Shown piece by piece: positions 48,398 to 58,139 of a stretch of 64,000 nt of DNA (the first letter of the stretch is position 1; every line of letters starts with the position of its first letter). The stretch is from the IMG/VR virus record IMGVR_UViG_3300025141_008848, positions 64,463 through 128,462 of that record. One strand, 5' to 3'. The stretch is from a virus. A program made the position numbers and the translations under genes. The notes beneath the pieces were generated by a model that was not told the origin of the DNA, did no database searches, and saw only the letters and a program-made list of their open reading frames with translations.

Positions 48398-50725
48398 ATG
48401 GAAATAGATAAATTAGAAAACCCATTTATTAAAGTAACATGGGAGGACATACCAGAAAATTTTACTCAGGAAAGGATTAAAAGAGCAAGAAGCTATTTCC
48501 AAAATAAGTACAATTCTAAAAATGTAACCGTTTTAACTAGGGTTATAGATAAAAAATCAGGTAAAGAATTAGATATAGATTTAGATAAAAATGTAATGGA
48601 CCCAGCATACCAAAGAAATCTAATGTCACAGTTTGTCATGGCAAATGATATGGGGGTGGACATAGAACTATTAAAAAGATTGGATGATAAAGTAAACGCA
48701 AAAATATCTGATGAAGTAGAGATAGATACTAAATACAAAAGGGTGTATATTAAAAATATAAAATTTTCTAATTTTATATCTTTTGGTGACTCAAACACAC
48801 TAGATTTTAAAAAGTTAGGGGGAATCACAGTAATAGACTCTAACCCACCCAACTTCGGAGGTAAATCAGTCTTAGCGGTCGACCTAATACTATTCTTATT
48901 TTTTAATACTACAACCAAAACAACTAAAGCTTTGGATATCTTTAATAGATTTAGAAAAAGTAACGAAGTTTTTGTTCAAGGAGAAATAGAAATAGACGGT
49001 TCAGACTATATAATTTTAAGAAAAATTAAAAGAAAAAAAACTAAAAAGGGGGATTGGTCAGTTAGTACTAGTTTAGAGTTTCTAGAAAGAAAAAAAGACG
49101 GGTCATTACAAAATTTTACTGGTGAACAAAGAAGAGAAACAGAAAAATTTATAAAAGAGTCCATAGGTACCATGAATGACTTTTTACTTACCGTATTATC
49201 TACAGCAGGAAATCTGGAGTCCCTAATAGAATCCAAACCAACAGAAAGGGGGAATATACTCAGTAGATTTATTGGCCTTGAAGTTTTAAAAGATAAAGAA
49301 ACTACTTGTAAAAAAATGTATTCGGAATGGTCCAAAAAATTAATATCTAATGTTTACAATATAGAAGAGTTAAAACAGGACATTAAAAAAGAAAAACAAG
49401 AAAAAATAACATTGTCTGAAAAAAATATAGACAACCAAAAAAAATTAAATAAAGTAGAGAGTGAGTTAATACAGAATAATAAAACTAGGGATGAATTAAT
49501 TGGTAAAAAATTTTTAGATATAGATAGGGAAATACAAAAAGTTAACCCTCGATTAGTAAAAGAAAGTTTAGATGAAAATAATTTAAATTTATTAAGTTTA
49601 GATTTAAAATTAAAAGCCTATGGTGATAAAGAGATTCCAGAAGAGGTAGACTTAGAGATTTTAAATATTAAAACAAAAGAGAGAGATAAAACACTACATA
49701 AAAAAATACAAAATACGACCAACTTAAAAAGTCTAAATAAAACTTTAAAAAATTTAATAGAATCAGAAATATGCCCAACCTGTAAACAACCACTAAAAGA
49801 TGTTGACCACACAACCGAAATAAAATCTTTAAAAAAAGAAGTAAGTACGTTAAACACCCTAATAAAAAACCAACAAATCAAACTAACCAATCTAAATGAG
49901 GATGTGGAAAATATAACCACAAAAAAAATTATTTTTGATGACTATGAAAAAGAATTACTAAAAAAAGAAAGAGTTATATTAGAAATAGGTAAAAAAGAAT
50001 TAGAAATTAATAAAATTAAAGAAAAATTAAAAAAGTGGGAAAATAATAAAAATAAACTAGAGGAAAATGCAAACCTAGACAAAAAAATACTAACCATTGA
50101 TTCAAAACTCGACATACTTAAGTCCGACAAAGATACTCTAATACGAGAAATAGAAGGAAATGTTAATAAAATAAAAAACTCTGAAGATTTAATAGGGGAA
50201 CATAATATTAAAATAGATAAGATTAAAAAAGAGAATGATTTAGAAAAAATTTTTAGAGCTTATTTAACTGTATTTGGTAAAAATGGTATTATAAAAACTA
50301 TAGTTAAAAGTGTGGTCCCTAAATTAAACAATGAATTAATGAGGTTATTATCTGATGTTACTAATTTTATGGTTGAGATAAAAGTAAACGAAAAAAATGA
50401 GGTAGAGTTTTGGATGGTAGATAACAATACAAATATTGAAAAGCTATTATCGAGTGGTAGTGGGTTCGAAAAGACCCTAGCTTCCCTCGCTATCAGGACA
50501 GTCCTCACGAAAGTCTCTTGTCTCCCCAGACCAAATGTGACGGTATTTGATGAAGTATTGGGAAAAGTAAGTAATGAAAATTTAGACCAGGTGGGGGTTT
50601 TCTTTAGTAGGGTTAAAGATTATTTTGAAAACGTGTTTTTAATAACCCACAATCCCTTAGTTAGAGAATGGTCAGATAATATCATAACAATAACTAAAGA
50701 AAATAATATTTCTAAGTTAAGATAA
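48398..50725 (+). CDS. sbcC: Recombination ATPase, SbcC/Rad50/T4 gp46-like
   Basis: FSNFISFG, NFGGKS Walker A, coiled coil with CPTC zinc hook, SGFEK signature, VFDEV Walker B, LITH. Confidence 0.9.
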   Translation: MEIDKLENPFIKVTWEDIPENFTQERIKRARSYFQNKYNSKNVTVLTRVIDKKSGKELDIDLDKNVMDPAYQRNLMSQFVMANDMGVDIELLKRLDDKVNAKISDEVEIDTKYKRVYIKNIKFSNFISFGDSNTLDFKKLGGITVIDSNPPNFGGKSVLAVDLILFLFFNTTTKTTKALDIFNRFRKSNEVFVQGEIEIDGSDYIILRKIKRKKTKKGDWSVSTSLEFLERKKDGSLQNFTGEQRRETEKFIKESIGTMNDFLLTVLSTAGNLESLIESKPTERGNILSRFIGLEVLKDKETTCKKMYSEWSKKLISNVYNIEELKQDIKKEKQEKITLSEKNIDNQKKLNKVESELIQNNKTRDELIGKKFLDIDREIQKVNPRLVKESLDENNLNLLSLDLKLKAYGDKEIPEEVDLEILNIKTKERDKTLHKKIQNTTNLKSLNKTLKNLIESEICPTCKQPLKDVDHTTEIKSLKKEVSTLNTLIKNQQIKLTNLNEDVENITTKKIIFDDYEKELLKKERVILEIGKKELEINKIKEKLKKWENNKNKLEENANLDKKILTIDSKLDILKSDKDTLIREIEGNVNKIKNSEDLIGEHNIKIDKIKKENDLEKIFRAYLTVFGKNGIIKTIVKSVVPKLNNELMRLLSDVTNFMVEIKVNEKNEVEFWMVDNNTNIEKLLSSGSGFEKTLASLAIRTVLTKVSCLPRPNVTVFDEVLGKVSNENLDQVGVFFSRVKDYFENVFLITHNPLVREWSDNIITITKENNISKLR

Positions 50726-50738
50726 ATATTTATATTAT

Positions 50739-51296
50739 ATGGAAGGAAGAATTAGAGAATATCTTTTATTTATGTTTGGTGACTGGAACCGGATAGAAAA
50801 AAATGTAGAAGTGGTAAATAATATCAAGGATATTATGGAAACCATAGTAGTACAGGAGGAGTTTAGTTTTATAACCGGCAAAGACATTATAATAATGTGT
50901 ATAAAATCAAGAATGACTTTTGAGGAGATAGATGGGATAATAAAAGAATTTTTAACACCATTTATTAATACATTATTTTTAATGCCTAAACCTAGAAAGT
51001 TATCGTATAGATTAGATGACAATTTAAAAAATCTACTTTTTGGGAAGACAACCAAAAAACCAAAACCAATAGACCCTAAAGTAGCAGAAACACTATCCAA
51101 ACAATTAAAAGCTATTATGCTTGCCAAGGTTGAAAAACTTAATAAAGAACTTGACAAATCCAAACAAATATCTAAATTTAAAAAAACAACTCTTACACCA
51201 ATGACTATGGATTCACTTTTGGATAAAATAATAGATGAAGGCATTGGCAGTCTAACACTACAAGAAACAGAGTTTTTAAATAACCTTAATAAGTAA
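50739..51296 (+). CDS. Hypothetical protein
   Basis: 185-aa ORF; C-terminal MDSLLDKIIDEGIGSLT motif; TATTTAT at 50727-50733. Confidence 0.65.
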   Translation: MEGRIREYLLFMFGDWNRIEKNVEVVNNIKDIMETIVVQEEFSFITGKDIIIMCIKSRMTFEEIDGIIKEFLTPFINTLFLMPKPRKLSYRLDDNLKNLLFGKTTKKPKPIDPKVAETLSKQLKAIMLAKVEKLNKELDKSKQISKFKKTTLTPMTMDSLLDKIIDEGIGSLTLQETEFLNNLNK

Positions 51297-51299
51297 GAT

Positions 51300-51650
51300 A
51301 TGAAATTAAATACAGAAAAATACAAATTAACTTTAATGACAGAGGACATATGTCCTGATTGTATTGAGTTAAAAAAGAAACTAACGGAATTAAAAATACC
51401 TTTCATAAATAAATCAATAACCGCTAATAATGGGGTGGTGAGTAATACAGATTTCGATAAAGATAAATCCGCAAATAGATGGGAATTTATTGATTTATCT
51501 AAAGAATTCCCAACAGAAATTAAATATTCTCCTGTAATGGTGATAGAAAATGTGACGGGAGAACAAGAAGTTTTTAGTTTAGAAGGGGAAAATGGTTTTA
51601 AAAATACAGATGAAGCAGTAAATATTATAACTGAAAACTACTGTATCTAA
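51300..51650 (+). CDS. Glutaredoxin/NrdH-like redoxin
   Basis: CPDC active site near the N-terminus; YSPVMVI cis-Pro strand. Confidence 0.72.
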   Translation: MKLNTEKYKLTLMTEDICPDCIELKKKLTELKIPFINKSITANNGVVSNTDFDKDKSANRWEFIDLSKEFPTEIKYSPVMVIENVTGEQEVFSLEGENGFKNTDEAVNIITENYCI

Positions 51651-51666
51651 AATAACCTCAAAAATC

Positions 51667-51697
51667 TTGGTAGACTCAGATTAATTTTTTATATTTG
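51667..51697 (+). promoter_or_regulatory. Bacteroidota-type -33/-7 promoter upstream of the sigma gene
   Basis: TTGG-N19-TATATTTG; exact TAnnTTTG consensus. Confidence 0.65.
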
Positions 51698-51713
51698 TAC
51701 TCAGACAATAAAC

Positions 51714-51756
51714 CTGACAAAAAGTCAGTTAATAATACTGTGGTACACTAATTGTA
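51714..51756 (+). promoter_or_regulatory. Inverted repeat plus sigma54-like -24/-12 element
   Basis: CTGAC-AAAAA-GTCAG (51714-51728) then TGGTACACTAATTGTA (51741-51756) versus consensus TGGCACG-N4-TTGCW. Confidence 0.5.
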
Positions 51757-51791
51757 CTATATAAAATAGTAACCAATAAAAAATTAATATA

Positions 51792-52589
51792 ATGAATAAA
51801 AATGCGTTTATAGACCAAGCTGAAATATCACATTATCTAAAAGATGTGAGAAAAAGAAAAGTTCTAACACCAGCAAGAGAAAAAGAACTCGCTAAAATAA
51901 TCTTAAGTGAAAATCCTACATTAGAAGAAATACAAAAAGTACATCTAGAATTACTAGAAGGTAATCTTAGGTTTGTAATCAGTGTCGCAAAGGACTACCA
52001 AGGACAAGGTCTTTCACTAAGTGATTTAATTGCTGAGGGAAACTACGGACTTTTAAAAGCGATTAAAAACTTTGACTGGAATAAAGGATTTAGGTTTATT
52101 TCTTATGCAGTATGGTGGGTAAAACAATCCATATTACAAAGTTTAAATGAAAATGCGAGGACTATTCGCCTCCCAGTCAATATCATACAAGAACTTCAGA
52201 GAGAAAGGAAAAAAGTAGTGCAAGAAATACAAATATGGGACACTAAGTTATCCAGACTACCAACCACTATTAATTATGATAGACCCATTAATGAAGAAGG
52301 TGACACACTAATTGATATACTGGTCAATGAAGATGCGGATAACCCAGAAGATATTTTTGCTGATGAGGTTAACCTAAAAGATGAACTTTACAAGTTAATG
52401 TCTAACTTAGATGAAAGAGAAAGAAATATAATTATTGACTATTATGGGTTATGTGGTACACCGATGACTTTACAAGAAATAGGTGACGGATTAAACCTAA
52501 CCAAGGAAAGAGTAAGACAGATTAAAGAAAAGGTATTGAGAAAGTTAAGAAATGATAGTTACCAACTACTCGAATACCTAAGTGACTAA
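51792..52589 (+). CDS. RNA polymerase sigma-70 factor, Bacteroidota primary-sigma-like
   Basis: GNLRFVISVAK, DLIAEGNYGL, GFRFISYAVWW, RTIRLP, TLQEIG..LNLTKERVRQIKEK; no region 1.1. Confidence 0.93.
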   Translation: MNKNAFIDQAEISHYLKDVRKRKVLTPAREKELAKIILSENPTLEEIQKVHLELLEGNLRFVISVAKDYQGQGLSLSDLIAEGNYGLLKAIKNFDWNKGFRFISYAVWWVKQSILQSLNENARTIRLPVNIIQELQRERKKVVQEIQIWDTKLSRLPTTINYDRPINEEGDTLIDILVNEDADNPEDIFADEVNLKDELYKLMSNLDERERNIIIDYYGLCGTPMTLQEIGDGLNLTKERVRQIKEKVLRKLRNDSYQLLEYLSD

Positions 52590-52610
52590 TATTTATTAAT
52601 AAAATAATAA

Positions 52611-54026
52611 ATGAAAAAAAGACTATTTCCATTACTAATTACACTAGCTGCTCTCTTAGTTTCTGGGTCAGCAGCATTCTATTCGGTATTTGGACTGAGT
52701 AAATTATTTGCTGGAGCATCTACACAAGTAATTATAATGGCGGGTTCATTAGAATTTGCAAAATTAGTTGTAGCATCTCTTTTATATCAGTATTGGGGTA
52801 CTATAAATAAAATATTAAAAGGTTATCTGATGATAGCCTGTTTTGTTTTAATGGTAATTACTAGTGGTGGTATATATGGATTCCTTTCAGGCGCCTATCA
52901 ATCAACAGCAACTCAATCTGAATTATTAGACAAGTCATTAATGATTCTAAATCAAAAACAAGTCAGGTTTCAAGAAACGAAAGAAGATTTAACACTTGAG
53001 AAGACTCAAATAAATAAATCAATTTCAGACTTAAGAGTATCATTATCTAATCCACAACAAGTATCGTGGTTTGATAAAAATTCTCAAACAGTAATCACAT
53101 CAACATCTAGTTCAGCAAGAAGAGCATTACAAGCAGAATTAAAAACTACAATTGTTGATAGAGATGTTATAAATCTAAAGTTAGAAGCCGTATTAGACTC
53201 AATAGGTAAAACAGATGTAGCTTTACTAGAAAAGGAAATAGATAATGAAGACCAAAGAGAATTAGGACCACTTAAATATCTAGCTAGTACAACAGGTTGG
53301 CCAATGGATAAGGTAGTTAATTATTTCTTACTCTTAATTGTATTTGTGTTTGACCCACTAGCAATAGCATTAGTTGTAGCAGCTAATATGGCATTTGCAC
53401 AGATAAATCCTCAACGTAAGGAAGGGGAATTAGGAGATGGAGTATTTAATCCAGATGGCCATTATACAAATCCAGCAATTGGAGATACTACTCCAGGAGC
53501 GTTAAAAGAAGAAGAAATAGACGAAGACTATTTTAGTGAGTTACAGGATTACATACAAGCTACGACAGAAGAACCATTAGACGATTTAACCTACCCACAA
53601 TTCAGAGAAAAACATTACCCTAAAGTTGAACCTGATATAAATACTTATGGAGACGATGAGTGGGCAACACCACAATCTGAGGAGAAGGAAAAAGAAGATG
53701 AAAGACGAATGGATATTATTGGGCAGAATGGTAATGAGGGGTTACATTATGATAATGAAGAATATGAGGGTGATATAGAACGATTAACTGACACTACCCA
53801 GACACTAATAGTAGAAAAAAAAGATAATGTACGAGTAATTAAAAAAGATACGGACCTCACCGAAGAAGAACTAATAGAATTAAGTAAAGAAGTAGGTAAA
53901 AAAGAAACTCAGACAGAAGAACCAATTAATCCAAGTACAGAAGAACTTGAAAAATTAGCCAAAATACTTAGTATTAGTAAAAAAGAAGATGATGAAACTA
54001 AAAGACTTAGATATAAAGGAAGGTAA
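52611..54026 (+). CDS. Multi-pass membrane protein with coiled coil and acidic tail
   Basis: Three N-terminal TM helices, ELGPLKYL, LLIVFVFDPLAIALVVAA; TATTTAT at 52590-52596. Confidence 0.7.
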   Translation: MKKRLFPLLITLAALLVSGSAAFYSVFGLSKLFAGASTQVIIMAGSLEFAKLVVASLLYQYWGTINKILKGYLMIACFVLMVITSGGIYGFLSGAYQSTATQSELLDKSLMILNQKQVRFQETKEDLTLEKTQINKSISDLRVSLSNPQQVSWFDKNSQTVITSTSSSARRALQAELKTTIVDRDVINLKLEAVLDSIGKTDVALLEKEIDNEDQRELGPLKYLASTTGWPMDKVVNYFLLLIVFVFDPLAIALVVAANMAFAQINPQRKEGELGDGVFNPDGHYTNPAIGDTTPGALKEEEIDEDYFSELQDYIQATTEEPLDDLTYPQFREKHYPKVEPDINTYGDDEWATPQSEEKEKEDERRMDIIGQNGNEGLHYDNEEYEGDIERLTDTTQTLIVEKKDNVRVIKKDTDLTEEELIELSKEVGKKETQTEEPINPSTEELEKLAKILSISKKEDDETKRLRYKGR

Positions 54027-54546
54027 AGCCAACCAAATACTACTCTGCAATACAAACAGGAACAGTAAAGACTATATAAAAAGTTTAGAAATAAGAAATA
54101 ACGGAAAGTACAAAAAAAAACCAAATTACTTAATAGATAAAAAAGGTAAGGTACATGAATTAAACAATAGTGATGTATCTGAAGAATATTTATATGGTTA
54201 CAGAAAAGACGGCGTTATTGTGGTTTGTCTAGAGAATAGAGGGTGGTTAAATAGAAGAAGTAGTGATGGTGGGTATGTTGATTGGTTAGGGGATATTTAT
54301 AATAATAAAGTATTCTCTAAAAAATGGAGAAATAAATTGTTTTGGGATAAATATAACGATAAACAAATAGGAATGACAAAAAAATTAATAAAAGAAATTT
54401 GTAAGAAGAATGGTATACTTAATGATTTTATAGGCCATAATGTTTTAGTTGATGGTGTAGAAAATTTTAAAGGTATAGTAACCCGAAGTAATTATAATGA
54501 GTATTGGACTGATATTAATCCGTCATTTAATTTTGAAATACTATGA
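53989..54546 (+). CDS. N-acetylmuramoyl-L-alanine amidase (Amidase_2)-like protein, divergent active site
   Basis: QILLCNT, PNYLIDKKGKV, IVVCLENRG, YNDKQI, DINPSFNF resemble the T7-lysozyme/Amidase_2 pattern. Confidence 0.6.
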   Translation: MMKLKDLDIKEGKANQILLCNTNRNSKDYIKSLEIRNNGKYKKKPNYLIDKKGKVHELNNSDVSEEYLYGYRKDGVIVVCLENRGWLNRRSSDGGYVDWLGDIYNNKVFSKKWRNKLFWDKYNDKQIGMTKKLIKEICKKNGILNDFIGHNVLVDGVENFKGIVTRSNYNEYWTDINPSFNFEIL

Positions 54547-55076
54547 AAAAAATAACAAAAATAAAAAACTACACTGATTATAATAATAATCGGTATGATG
54601 AGATGAAATCTCTATTAAATAAGTCTAGACAATTATTTGAACAAGTAACGGATGTAGAAGATATAACTTTAGATAGAGAAGAAGAGAAAACAAAAGAGTA
54701 TGATGTGTCAAGTGGTAAAATTGTCGTACACGGATATACCACCACAGACGTAACCCTAACGGACGAAGAAAAAAATACGTACCAAGAGACAATGGACGAT
54801 TTTATGGAACAAGTATCTGATTTAGTAGATTATAATTCATTAAATATGTATGAAAATAATGTTGAATGGTCTGGTATTCTAGTAAAATTTGATACCGAAT
54901 TTTTTTATACCGTAGGTGAACAAAATGGTGTATATATTACAGGGAGTATGATTAATTTAGATGTGGAAGCGTTGGATACCTTAACTAAACTAAAGGAATA
55001 TTATAAAATATTCTCTGCAAAATGGGCCGGAGTATTAGCGGAAAGGAAATCAACACAAAAAATAGAAGAAGAATAA
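54543..55076 (+). CDS. Hypothetical protein
   Basis: 177-aa ORF coupled by ATGA overlap. Confidence 0.65.
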   Translation: MKKITKIKNYTDYNNNRYDEMKSLLNKSRQLFEQVTDVEDITLDREEEKTKEYDVSSGKIVVHGYTTTDVTLTDEEKNTYQETMDDFMEQVSDLVDYNSLNMYENNVEWSGILVKFDTEFFYTVGEQNGVYITGSMINLDVEALDTLTKLKEYYKIFSAKWAGVLAERKSTQKIEEE

Positions 55077-55078
55077 TT

Positions 55079-55396
55079 ATGGAATTTTTAAGGAAATCGT
55101 GGAAATGGGTATTAGGTTTTATAGGGTTCTTTGTAGGTCTTGTTTGGATGATGAATGCAAACAGTAGTAAAAAAGTTAAAAAGATTAAAAAGAATATTAA
55201 ATCTAACGAAAAGAAAACAAAAGAAGTTAATAAGAAGATAGAAAACGTAAAAAAGAAAAAGAAGGTAACAAAGAAAAAAATTGCGGATACAAATAAGGAA
55301 TTAAAAGATATTAAAAAGAAAAAACCTAAAGTAAAAAAGAAGGACGGAAAACAGGCGGTTAATTCATTAAAGAAGAGACTTAAAAAACGTAACTAA
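55079..55396 (+). CDS. Membrane-anchored lysine-rich coiled-coil protein (spanin-like?)
   Basis: Likely start ATG 55079, just after upstream stop; N-terminal TM helix, then Lys-rich coil. Confidence 0.55.
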   Translation: MEFLRKSWKWVLGFIGFFVGLVWMMNANSSKKVKKIKKNIKSNEKKTKEVNKKIENVKKKKKVTKKKIADTNKELKDIKKKKPKVKKKDGKQAVNSLKKRLKKRN

Positions 55397-55397
55397 G

Positions 55398-55772
55398 ATG
55401 AAAAAATTAGTATTAATACTATTATTGCTTACCCCAGTATGGGCCTTTACTCAGACACACACCTTTACTGAAAAAGAAGTGGTTGAAATGGACTCATTAT
55501 TTCAAGTATACGAACAAAATGATAGTTTACAGAAAATAGAGATTAATCTTCTTAACACACAAATCACCAATTATAAGACATTACATATACAAGATAGTTT
55601 ACATATAGCTTTTATGGGTGAAAAAACTGACCTATTAAATCAGAGAATAGATTTATATATAGATTTAACTAAAGAATTGAGACCTAAATGGTATAATAAA
55701 CCTGTAATTCACTTCTTTTTAGGGGCGGCAACAATTGTTACAGCTTCTTGGGTCGTATCTAACGTTAAGTAG
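55398..55772 (+). CDS. Exported coiled-coil protein with C-terminal TM segment (spanin-like?)
   Basis: MKKLVLILLLLTPVWA signal peptide; KWYNKPVIHFFLGAATIV C-terminus. Confidence 0.55.
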   Translation: MKKLVLILLLLTPVWAFTQTHTFTEKEVVEMDSLFQVYEQNDSLQKIEINLLNTQITNYKTLHIQDSLHIAFMGEKTDLLNQRIDLYIDLTKELRPKWYNKPVIHFFLGAATIVTASWVVSNVK

Positions 55773-55784
55773 TATTTATAGTAT

Positions 55785-56027
55785 ATGGCACTAACTAACA
55801 CAGATAAAAAAGAAATAGAGAGAATCGCTAGAAAGGAAATAAAAGATTTTGTCACTAAACCACAGTTTAAAAAGGAGATTGAAAAATTAATCGATGTACA
55901 AATTAAAAGTGGGAGAAAAACTAGAAGTGAGATTGTTGATATTGTGAGTAAAGTAACATTAGAGCTCTATAAGACATTTTGGTTTAGAAGAAGTATGTGG
56001 CAATCAGAACTTAAAAGAATAAGATAA
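55785..56027 (+). CDS. Hypothetical protein
   Basis: 80-aa ORF; TATTTAT at 55773-55779. Confidence 0.65.
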   Translation: MALTNTDKKEIERIARKEIKDFVTKPQFKKEIEKLIDVQIKSGRKTRSEIVDIVSKVTLELYKTFWFRRSMWQSELKRIR

Positions 56028-56719
56028 TGGGAATAAAAGATAACTTTGATAATGCATTAAGAAAAGCAATTGCTCTTGACCCGATTGGGTACAAAGAAAT
56101 ATTAAAGAATTCTAATGATATTGAAGAAGTAAAAACACATAAAGGAAAAAAATGTAATGAGGTACATCCAGGGGTCCTACATTCCAAATGGGTAAATCAA
56201 AAACCAGAAGAAGAAATGGATGAAGCTACTACTTCCGCAAGTGCCGGAGCTTTTATGGCTCCTTTAGGTGTAGACCCTAGATTTACAAAAAAGAAAAGAA
56301 AAGAAGAGGTAGGTGAAGCGACAGGAGCATCAAGTGCAGGAGCATACGAAACACCACAAATGTGGGCAAAAAATCCAAAGAATTGGAGAGGAGCCGCAAA
56401 AACACAATGGCCAGGTGGACAATTTGTGAAAGTAAAAAAGAAATGCAGTACTTTCCCATACTGTAACCAAGGAGATATAAATGCTTTAGATTTAAGTGAG
56501 AATAAAATAGTAAAACATGCCATACAAGAGGTAGCCAATAAGACGGGAAAAGATAAAAACTATATTAAAAAATTAGTTAAAAAAGAGATGGAAGAGATTA
56601 TAAGAAGAAGCATTTACAAATCTCCGATAACCTCGATACTAGGTCCTGAGACTAAAATGGATAAACCTATAGGTAAAATTTATAGCATGGGGTCAAATGT
56701 TGGAGGGAAATACGAATAA
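56027..56719 (+). CDS. Hypothetical protein with two EAT..S.AGA repeats
   Basis: EATTSASAGAFMAP and EATGASSAGAYETP; KKKCSTFPYCNQGD. Confidence 0.65.
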   Translation: MGIKDNFDNALRKAIALDPIGYKEILKNSNDIEEVKTHKGKKCNEVHPGVLHSKWVNQKPEEEMDEATTSASAGAFMAPLGVDPRFTKKKRKEEVGEATGASSAGAYETPQMWAKNPKNWRGAAKTQWPGGQFVKVKKKCSTFPYCNQGDINALDLSENKIVKHAIQEVANKTGKDKNYIKKLVKKEMEEIIRRSIYKSPITSILGPETKMDKPIGKIYSMGSNVGGKYE

Positions 56720-56745
56720 ATAGATATTTATAATAAAAAGAAATT

Positions 56746-58089
56746 ATGTCAATATTAGCAAAACAACCGGATTTGGAAAAAATTATTAATAAAGCAATCA
56801 AAAGAATTGGTGAAAATCATGCATTAGCGAGAGATAATAAAGGTGTAGAAATGAAAGCCGTCGAAATTGAAGAAGATAGAAAAGAGTTTAGAAAGGGTAG
56901 AAATACGATGACGAGTGTAATAGAAGAGTCGTTAAAAGCGGTCGCTGACGAAATGGCAGAAAAAATGGTATTAGAAAACACAATTGATGGAATGATAAAA
57001 GATGTTATCCAAGAACAAGAAACAGTAACAATTGGAGGTAAAAAATATAGTATCACTAAAACCGTTTGGGACCTGATTGCCCAAGAGGGAGTAAACCTAG
57101 AAAAGCTAGAGGCCTTCAGCGCGGTTGACTTAGAAACTTTAAGGCAACAACTAATAAAACCAATAGGGTGGAAGAGTAAATTGGGGGAGGAGATTGACGC
57201 CATATTTAAACCATTGATAAACGCAGCAAAACAAAATGAAGATGGAAGTTTAACTACTAAATATGGGTGTATTGATGGAAACTGTGAAAATGGAACAGGA
57301 ACTTTTGTGTATGAAAATGGAGATAAATATGTAGGAGAATGGAAGGATGGCAAACGACATGGCCAAGGTACAATGACATATGCTAAGGGCAGTGAAGCTA
57401 AGGGACAATTAGACCAAGTCGAGTACGATAAGATAGACTATAAGAACCTGGACGAATCAACAACAGATACTATTAAAAAATTAGTAAATAAGAAATTAAA
57501 AGATAAATTAGCAGAAGCAAGAGGCGGTTTCTCTACTGCAAAACATCCAGGTCTGGATACATATGAAAAGTCGGTTAAGAAATCAAAGACGGAAAACAAC
57601 AAAGCGATGAAAGACACTGATAAGAAGTTTAAGGAATATAATAAGTTTGAGTATAACGATAATCCAGAATTCCCACACCAAGAACTATCTAAAACTAATG
57701 CAGATGGACAATTCCAGTACTATAGAAATAGTGAGGAAGACCAAGAGTTTGTTGACGATTTTGCACATCCAGGTTTAATCGATTTTGATATAAATAATTT
57801 AAATTTAGATAGGTTGACTAAGTACCTAGAAGGCTCGTCGGAAACTGGTAATGCACAAACAGATAAAGATGGAAACGGATTAGGGAATGTAGTACCAAGT
57901 GACCTAGGGAAAAAAATGATGAAATCCGCAGAAAACCGAAAAGAAAAGATAGCACAACAAAAAGCTTCTATGAGTAATTTAAGAGGGTACACACCAGATG
58001 TACAAAAAGTAAAACAAGTAAAAGAAGGTACGGAGAAAGATATGGACAAAATGAAGAAATTATGGTCCTACAACAAAAAGACTCAATAA
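56746..58089 (+). CDS. Hypothetical protein with MORN repeats
   Basis: GCIDGNCENGTGTFVYENGDKYVGEWKDGKRHGQGTMTY; TATTTAT at 56725-56731. Confidence 0.7.
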   Translation: MSILAKQPDLEKIINKAIKRIGENHALARDNKGVEMKAVEIEEDRKEFRKGRNTMTSVIEESLKAVADEMAEKMVLENTIDGMIKDVIQEQETVTIGGKKYSITKTVWDLIAQEGVNLEKLEAFSAVDLETLRQQLIKPIGWKSKLGEEIDAIFKPLINAAKQNEDGSLTTKYGCIDGNCENGTGTFVYENGDKYVGEWKDGKRHGQGTMTYAKGSEAKGQLDQVEYDKIDYKNLDESTTDTIKKLVNKKLKDKLAEARGGFSTAKHPGLDTYEKSVKKSKTENNKAMKDTDKKFKEYNKFEYNDNPEFPHQELSKTNADGQFQYYRNSEEDQEFVDDFAHPGLIDFDINNLNLDRLTKYLEGSSETGNAQTDKDGNGLGNVVPSDLGKKMMKSAENRKEKIAQQKASMSNLRGYTPDVQKVKQVKEGTEKDMDKMKKLWSYNKKTQ

Positions 58090-58139
58090 ATCTATTTACC
58101 TCAGCAGCTCTTATAACCTATCTTATATATATAAAAGAT

